Positions 58,279-64,000 of a DNA stretch of 64,000 bases are shown one piece after another. Numbering within the stretch: position 1 is the first letter of the stretch; each line of letters opens with the position of its first letter. The DNA comes from Sedimentisphaerales bacterium (GTDB lineage Bacteria > Planctomycetota > Phycisphaerae > Sedimentisphaerales > SM23-30). The notes under the pieces are model-generated. The model made no database searches. It saw nothing but the letters and a program-made list of their open reading frames with translations, and was not told the origin of the DNA. Location: positions 1-64,000 of the forward strand of contig CAXXFK010000020.1 in assembly GCA_963663965.2 (NCBI GenBank). The letters are read 5' to 3'. The position numbers were made by a program, and so were the translations under genes.

Positions 58279-60741
58279 ATGATACTCACATCGATTCTAT
58301 CTGTTATAGGCATCTTGATAATGATCTATATTGCCAATCGTCTTGGGCGTGTCGAGGAAGATATTTCGTTAATTAAGCAAACGATTTTACACCTTCCGGT
58401 TGAATCGCTGCCCCATTCCAGACACGCAATTAAATCAATGGAAGCTACCCGACCGCCTGTCACACATGCTGAGCCCACATTGTCTCACGTAAAACCTGAG
58501 ACACACAGCGCCAGTGCCACTTTGCCGGAAGAATCTGGAATAAAAGCACCGGTTTCTAAAGCTATTCCGAAATCTCAGACTCTTTTTGATCGATATCAAC
58601 AGGAAAAAGCACAACTGGAATCGAAACTGCCCTGCCGGGATGAACCTGAGAAATCGAATACTATGATAGAGCAGGAAACAAAATCGGAAAAACCGAAATA
58701 TGGGCTGGAACAATGGCTTGGACTGCGCGGGGCCCTGGTTGCAGGGATTATTACCACGCTGATTGGCGCGGGTTTGTTTCTTAAATATATTTATGATCAG
58801 AGCTTCATGGGACCAGTGGGCCGGATTGCATTGACGGCCGGGGGCGGATTGTTATGTATTGGAATTGGTGAATTTACCCGCAGAAAAAACTTTGGCCTGG
58901 TTGCGCAGGGGCTGACGGCGCTTGGGTTTGCTATTTTGTTCGCGGCGGTTTTTACCGCGAATCATTTTTATCAGATCCTCGGCGTGACACCGGCGTTTAT
59001 GATTGCCTCCCTGATAACTATTGTGGCTATGAGTTACGCGGTCTGTTTGCGTGATGTCCTGGCGGCATTTGTGGCGTTGCTGGGTGGTTATCTGACCCCG
59101 GTAATTCTGCAATCCAACGCGGGCGGATCGGTGTTGTTTGTTTATGTCTCTTTGCTCAGTATCGGCGCCCTGGCCTGCGCCTGGTATCGCAACTGGCGAA
59201 TTATTCACTGGCAGGCATTTATTGGCGCGTTCATTCTTTACGGCCTCTGGTATAACAACGTTCCTGTGCATCCGGGTATTCCCGACAGTCAATTTAAACT
59301 GGCGGTGGTCTGGCTGGGCGTGTTCTTTTTAATTTTTCTGGTTATGCCCGTTCTGCATGAACTGGTTCGCAAGGTCCGGTCGGGATGGAGCGATGGTGTG
59401 TTATTGCTGGTCAATGCGGCATTGACTTTTGGATTTTATTATCATTTACTGGAAGCCGGCTATCGGACGGGCCTGGCCTGGATCGCGGTTGTTCTGTTCG
59501 GAATTCATCTGGGGCTGCGTCAACTGATCCATATTCGATATCCGGATGATACCCCGCTGAAAAGTGTGTTACTGACAATCGCACTTCTGTTTGCTGGTCT
59601 GGCTGTGCCGCTCTATTTCAATCTGTATTCATCCATGATCGCCTGGTCTTTCCAGGCGGTGATTATCCTGTTTATCGCCCGGCGTTACCAGAATCGTTTG
59701 TGTGAGGTGGCAGCGTTGGCGCTGGGTTTGATCCAGATCATTACGCTGATAAGCGCGTTGCCATTACATCATGAGGCCATTCAACCATTTTTCAACCGGG
59801 CCTGGCTGGCCGCGTTCTCGGTTTTTGCCGGCTATTACCTGATGCACTGGATCTATCGTCAACTGGGCAGCGGTTTCAAGGGCGCCGGTTCCGTTTTAAT
59901 GTGGTTGTGCATGGCGGTTGCCTGGATTGGGTTGCTGGGGATTTCTTTAACGGAATGGCATGATGGTTGCCGTTATGACAGCGATCTCTCCGTTGCCCTG
60001 CGTGATATTATCACGTTCCAGGGCCACCAGGTTATTATGGCGCTGTTTCTGGTAATTCTGGCGGCGTGGCCGGTACGGCCGCGGAATGAGAATCTGGATA
60101 CCATCGTTTCGGCGGCGGCGTTAAGCGGCTGTCTGGTTTCGCTTTACTATTTCTACTCACTCTATGAGATGGTCGTTCATCGTTATCCAATCAGCGGTCT
60201 GTCGATTGGCTGGCTGTTTTTGAATCCGCGCTTTCTGACAGCGTTGTGTCTACCAGTTGCCACTCTGATCAGCGGCTTGCTGATCTACTGGCAGGGTCAA
60301 TCTTTCAAAAGCGCTAATCTGGTCCGGTTTATTTTTATGGTCGCGGTAATCGGTTTGTGGGTTTTGATAACTGAGGAACTTTATTTCCACTTCAAACTCA
60401 CCGGCATGCAAAGCCTGGATCCTGACCGGGGCCTATTCCTGGGCCAGATGGCCATCTCGATTGCCTGGGCGATCTATAGTTTTGGCCTGATGGCCATTGG
60501 ATTCTGGAAACAGTTTCGGGCGGCTCGCTATGCCTCGCTGGCGATACTGGTACTGACACTGGGCAAGGTGTTTCTGCTGGATATGAGTCACCTGGGCCAG
60601 GTTTACCGGATCGCGGGCGTCGTGGTCCTGGGAGTTATCCTGCTGGTGGTCGCGTTTCTTTATCAGTACGCCCGGAATAAAGGGGTGTTTCATAAAGAAC
60701 CGGCAACCACTGCTAATCAGAGGTCGACTCTGGATGAATAG
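58279..60741 (+). CDS. DUF2339 family polytopic membrane protein
   Basis: LEQWLG, GLFLKY, LLGGYLTP, SIAWAIY, KVFLLDM...YRI motifs; many TM helices. Confidence 0.9.
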   Translation: MILTSILSVIGILIMIYIANRLGRVEEDISLIKQTILHLPVESLPHSRHAIKSMEATRPPVTHAEPTLSHVKPETHSASATLPEESGIKAPVSKAIPKSQTLFDRYQQEKAQLESKLPCRDEPEKSNTMIEQETKSEKPKYGLEQWLGLRGALVAGIITTLIGAGLFLKYIYDQSFMGPVGRIALTAGGGLLCIGIGEFTRRKNFGLVAQGLTALGFAILFAAVFTANHFYQILGVTPAFMIASLITIVAMSYAVCLRDVLAAFVALLGGYLTPVILQSNAGGSVLFVYVSLLSIGALACAWYRNWRIIHWQAFIGAFILYGLWYNNVPVHPGIPDSQFKLAVVWLGVFFLIFLVMPVLHELVRKVRSGWSDGVLLLVNAALTFGFYYHLLEAGYRTGLAWIAVVLFGIHLGLRQLIHIRYPDDTPLKSVLLTIALLFAGLAVPLYFNLYSSMIAWSFQAVIILFIARRYQNRLCEVAALALGLIQIITLISALPLHHEAIQPFFNRAWLAAFSVFAGYYLMHWIYRQLGSGFKGAGSVLMWLCMAVAWIGLLGISLTEWHDGCRYDSDLSVALRDIITFQGHQVIMALFLVILAAWPVRPRNENLDTIVSAAALSGCLVSLYYFYSLYEMVVHRYPISGLSIGWLFLNPRFLTALCLPVATLISGLLIYWQGQSFKSANLVRFIFMVAVIGLWVLITEELYFHFKLTGMQSLDPDRGLFLGQMAISIAWAIYSFGLMAIGFWKQFRAARYASLAILVLTLGKVFLLDMSHLGQVYRIAGVVVLGVILLVVAFLYQYARNKGVFHKEPATTANQRSTLDE

Positions 60742-60777
60742 CGGACAGTCGCTAAGCTGTTTGAACCGGAATGCCAT

Positions 60778-61284
60778 TTACCACCATACTGGTTCGAAGA
60801 GATAGTCCCAGACATAATTGAATAGGTACGGATTGGTGAATACGCCCATCAATGAGGCCACGACCATCGAATGCCTGGGCGGCAGGTTATTGAAAACCCG
60901 GCAAAAGAGGTAGTTGCCGGCGGCCAGCATGACAAAGCCCAGCAAAATCATTTTGATGGAAAAATACAGGGGACTGTTTCGCGCGAACTCATCAATTTTC
61001 AGAAGTACCCCATCGACTAAAAATCCGAAGACGACGACGTAAAAGAGATATTGGAACCAGGTTGAAACCCAGAGCAGTGCAAAACGCTTAACCACGGCAT
61101 AACCCGCCATGATGACCAGACAATCGACCGCGATATCGACGATGACAATTCCGATGAAACGCTGTAGTTCTTCCGGAAACAACAGGTCTTCAATCATAAC
61201 GGGATTAGCCAGACAGTTCCGGGTCAGCAATAAACACAATCCCAATCCGAAAACGGCTGCTTTGGTGTTAATCGAAGTATGCAT
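60778..61284 (-). CDS. Hypothetical membrane protein
   Basis: Signal-like N-terminus ending ANP, four hydrophobic segments, FTNP near the C-terminus; AAGGA RBS. Confidence 0.7.
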   Translation of the reverse strand: MHTSINTKAAVFGLGLCLLLTRNCLANPVMIEDLLFPEELQRFIGIVIVDIAVDCLVIMAGYAVVKRFALLWVSTWFQYLFYVVVFGFLVDGVLLKIDEFARNSPLYFSIKMILLGFVMLAAGNYLFCRVFNNLPPRHSMVVASLMGVFTNPYLFNYVWDYLFEPVWW

Positions 61285-61616
61285 AAAACACCATCCTTTA
61301 CTGAGCGTAAAGATCATTTTGTCAGGCACTCAAAATAACACTATCCGAGCCTGATCTCCCCCTGGTTTGATACTTACGCAGCCGGTTGCATGGCAAGGAA
61401 CATTCTGCGGCAGATTGAAGGAGGATATGAATCTTTCTTTCAATCTGTCCTGTCCTGATTAATTATTCTCTGATGGGGGACAGACGACCAGTGTTTTTAA
61501 ATCTACTTCTTATCCAAAAGTCAGATTATTGAGTGCGGACGTACCGGGTATGGGCGGATGAAACCATATGGTACATCCGTTAGTCAATTAGCCGGATTGT
61601 TATAGTTGGGATACCC

Positions 61617-62456
61617 TTATTTCTTTTCCTCCTTGATAGGGATATCAGCCGGTGGTTTGGTGGGGATGCCGAGGGCGTGGAGGGCTTCTTCGCCGTTCTG
61701 TTGGGAGAAGGTGTTGAGGGCTTCATAGCGGTTGCAGGCGTAACTGAAGACCTGGTCGTCAGTTACGCTGTGGTCTTTCATCAATTCGGGGAGTCGGTCT
61801 TTGATGTATTCGGGGGCCAATTTGGCTTCGCTGGGGTGCGTGGGGATTTTGGGGGGATCGGGGATGTGGACGCGGGGTAAATCGGGAAATGGGTACTCCG
61901 GGGGGTAAACATTGGGTTCGTTTGGAACGGGTTGTAACTGGAGTTGCTGGAGGAGTTTAAGTTTGGACTGGAAGATTCTATTGAGGTGAGTTTCGTAGCG
62001 GGCCAGGCAGTTGAAGGCGGGGACTTCGAGGGTGAAGGCGGTACCGACTTCGTTGTGACGGGGTAAGTAGATACTGGAATGGGCAAAAGGTTGGTCGATG
62101 ACGGTGTCTTTGCGGATTTCTTCGTTGGTGAGCCGGAGTTTATAGACGCGGGCGTCGACCATTTCGGCCTCGATGCGGCCGAGTCGTTCGAGACGCCAGG
62201 CGGCCGAGACGATCTGGTCGGCGATGTGGCGTTGGAGATAGGTGGTGGGTTTGAGGTCTTGTAACAGTGCGGCGCGGAACTCGAGGTAGGTGAGTTCGGA
62301 TTCGCCGGGGACGATGAGATGGGCGGGGTCCTGGCCGCTGAGGCCGTGCTTGATGGCATTCTTGGATGAGATGGCCTTGCCTTCGGGGGTTTTGGGGCCG
62401 GTGGATTTCTGGGCGTTGCGACGGTTGGCTCTGAGTCGTCTTAGTGAAGATGACAT
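61617..62456 (-). CDS. NRRNAQKSTGP-family hypothetical protein (N-terminus resembles HGGxSTG-type domain)
   Basis: ANRRNAQKSTGPKTPEGKAISSKNAIKHGL, WRLERL..IE, LARYE..L.R, then PNEPN; AGGAGG RBS. Confidence 0.85.
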   Translation of the reverse strand: MSSSLRRLRANRRNAQKSTGPKTPEGKAISSKNAIKHGLSGQDPAHLIVPGESELTYLEFRAALLQDLKPTTYLQRHIADQIVSAAWRLERLGRIEAEMVDARVYKLRLTNEEIRKDTVIDQPFAHSSIYLPRHNEVGTAFTLEVPAFNCLARYETHLNRIFQSKLKLLQQLQLQPVPNEPNVYPPEYPFPDLPRVHIPDPPKIPTHPSEAKLAPEYIKDRLPELMKDHSVTDDQVFSYACNRYEALNTFSQQNGEEALHALGIPTKPPADIPIKEEKK

Positions 62457-62583
62457 GGTTGGTACCTCCTGTTAAAAGATTGTTATAAGTTTTGGCCCGA
62501 TGTTTTCGGGTTTCGTTAAAGTCATTTTTTTATTGATGTTATGGCAATAATTTTAAGCATTGGGTTTCCCGATAGATCGGGAT

Positions 62584-62783
62584 TTCGCTGCGCTCATGGT
62601 TATTTTATCTTTCGCCTCCGGTGCGAAATCCTGTCGGTACGCCTCTGCGAGGCGTGGTTTAAAATATTATTTTCATGTTCGTTACCCAGGGTGGCGCTCG
62701 TCCCGTTTTACGGGTCTCGCTCTGCCTGGGCTATTTTATACTTGCCCGTTGGGCTGCTTTGGGTATCCGCCGTTCGGCGGATG
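62584..62783 (+). repeat. ~200-bp composite REP-like unit, copy 1
   Basis: TTCGCTGCGCTCATGG...CGCCTCCGGTGCGAAATCCTG...TACCCAGGGTGGCGCTC...CTGGGCTA...CCCGTTGGG...ATCCGCC..GGCGGATG, containing several hairpins. Confidence 0.85.
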
Positions 62784-62869
62784 TTTTTTTATTTTTTGTT
62801 AAGCTCATTTCGTTGTTGGGGTTAGGGTGATATTTTTTGTCATTGGCTTTGTTTCGTTTTATGTTGGTA

Positions 62870-63071
62870 TTCGCTGTGCTCATGGTTAGTTTTATTTTTC
62901 GCCTCCGGTGCGAAATCCTGCAGGTACGCCTCTGCGAGGCGGGGGTTAAAAATTTAAAATTCTGTTTCGTTACCCAGGGTGGCGCTCATCCCGTTTTACG
63001 GGATTCGCTCTGCCCTGGGCTATTTTATGCCGGCCCGTTGGGCCGCTTTGGGTATCCGCCGGAGGCGGATG
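62870..63071 (+). repeat. ~200-bp composite REP-like unit, copy 2
   Basis: Collinear, highly similar copy of 62584-62783. Confidence 0.85.
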
Positions 63072-63492
63072 AGTTTATACTTTTCATTAAGCTCGATTCA
63101 CATTGGAATTCACAAGGTAACAAATCCATCCACAAGCTGCGCTTGAAGTCACCACGGTCTATGCGCAGAGAATCTCTGCGGGCGTGGCCGGTTGGGGCGG
63201 GGCACACTTCGTTCAGGCGGGTGGTTCGGGGGCTATTGGGGCGACTTTGGGATTATAGACCGAATTGTTGTAAAGGGCAAATTAAATATTATGTTTTTAT
63301 ATTATATAACATAATATTTCTTGTTTTATATTTTAAAGGCAGATTAATTTCAGGGGAAAATTTGGCGAATCTAATCTTAATGTTTTATTATTTAAAGATT
63401 TATATTGATTTAAGAAGTTGTCAATAAAATAATTTACACTGTGTTTTATAAAGTGAATCTGGTAAAATTGCTGATCTTTTAAGGAGTTAACT

Positions 63493-64000
63493 GTGTTTAA
63501 CTGCATGAATGGGATATGCCAGATATTATTTGTCATAATCGGCTTAGTCGGCTCACCTGTTGGCTCTGTACTAGCCGTAATTGTACCGGAGGATACTGAT
63601 CGGATTAGAGAGGATCGCAAGCTTGGTTTTGATCCATTGCCAATCGATTTCGGCGAAATGGTGGGTGTGGTTGTGCATTTTAACCAGGGAGAAACATTAG
63701 ATCACCTGCTGGATTTAAAAGCCTTGGGGGTTAAATGGGTTAGAGATGAACAAAGCTGGTCTCATGTCGAATTAGTAAAAGGGAAATATACCTGGCCGGA
63801 AAATCGGATTAAACGTATGAATTTTTATCGGGAAAATGAGATCAAGGTTATCTTCCCATTGACATACAGCGCGAATCTCAACGCCTATCCCAATGCCCCC
63901 TATGACCCCGTTGGATTCGGCGCATATGCGGTTGCCGCCGCAAAATATCACCAGCAGTTCGGTATTGATGTGGTTTTGGAAATCTTTAATGAACCACATA
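63493..64000 (+). CDS. Secreted clan GH-A glycoside hydrolase (GH39/GH5-like), partial, runs off window end
   Basis: Not in the ORF track. AAGGAG RBS, GTG 63493 (in-frame ATG 63505), signal peptide, GVVVHF...LGVKWVRDEQSWSHVE..KGKYTW...LEIFNEPH (acid/base NEP motif). Confidence 0.85.
   Translation, partial: MFNCMNGICQILFVIIGLVGSPVGSVLAVIVPEDTDRIREDRKLGFDPLPIDFGEMVGVVVHFNQGETLDHLLDLKALGVKWVRDEQSWSHVELVKGKYTWPENRIKRMNFYRENEIKVIFPLTYSANLNAYPNAPYDPVGFGAYAVAAAKYHQQFGIDVVLEIFNEPH

Noticed and set aside
61781..62359. Overlapping S/P-rich 192-aa ORF
   Set aside because: Alternative frame kept open by the C-rich codon bias of the real gene.
62541..63427. ORFs 62541-62825, 62560-62802 and 62837-63427
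   Set aside because: Translations of the repeat units, without RBS or protein-like motifs.
1..64000. tRNA, rRNA, transposase or prophage genes
   Set aside because: No recognisable signatures found by eye; a tRNAscan/Infernal run would be needed to exclude them fully.

Overview
Chromosomal segment that most likely comes from a Planctomycetota bacterium (Phycisphaerae/Sedimentisphaerales-like). This is inferred from the dockerin-like C-termini, a PEP-CTERM protein, DUF1559-like prepilin proteins, an HzsA-like c-type cytochrome and sulfatases. Layout: (1) 1-11.2 kb, secreted glycan-related proteins (tandem-repeat protein cut by the window edge, 1473-aa multidomain protein, GH116, Tat-exported isomerase-like protein). 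(2) 11.4-16.9 kb, a small accessory/defence-like island: an AT-rich cassette of two HEPN-fold genes between inverted motifs, a nucleotidyltransferase plus HTH gene pair with a palindromic operator, and a gene-free repeat tract behind a perfect sigma70 promoter. (3) 16.9-25 kb, HzsA-like protein, aldo/keto reductase, radical SAM, membrane ferredoxin and TPR protein. (4) 25.4-51 kb, a co-oriented locus of 13 genes joining PEP-CTERM/dockerin surface proteins, two prepilin-like paralogs, a degenerate retropepsin-TPR-thioredoxin protein and a MoxR/DUF58/vWA module with a 2899-aa vWA-TPR protein. (5) 51-64 kb, two sulfatases, GH78, membrane proteins, an NRRNAQKSTGP-family gene with tandem REP-like repeats, and a clan GH-A gene cut by the window edge. 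No rRNA, tRNA, CRISPR array or intact transposase/integrase was recognised. All family assignments come from motif recognition by eye, not database searches.
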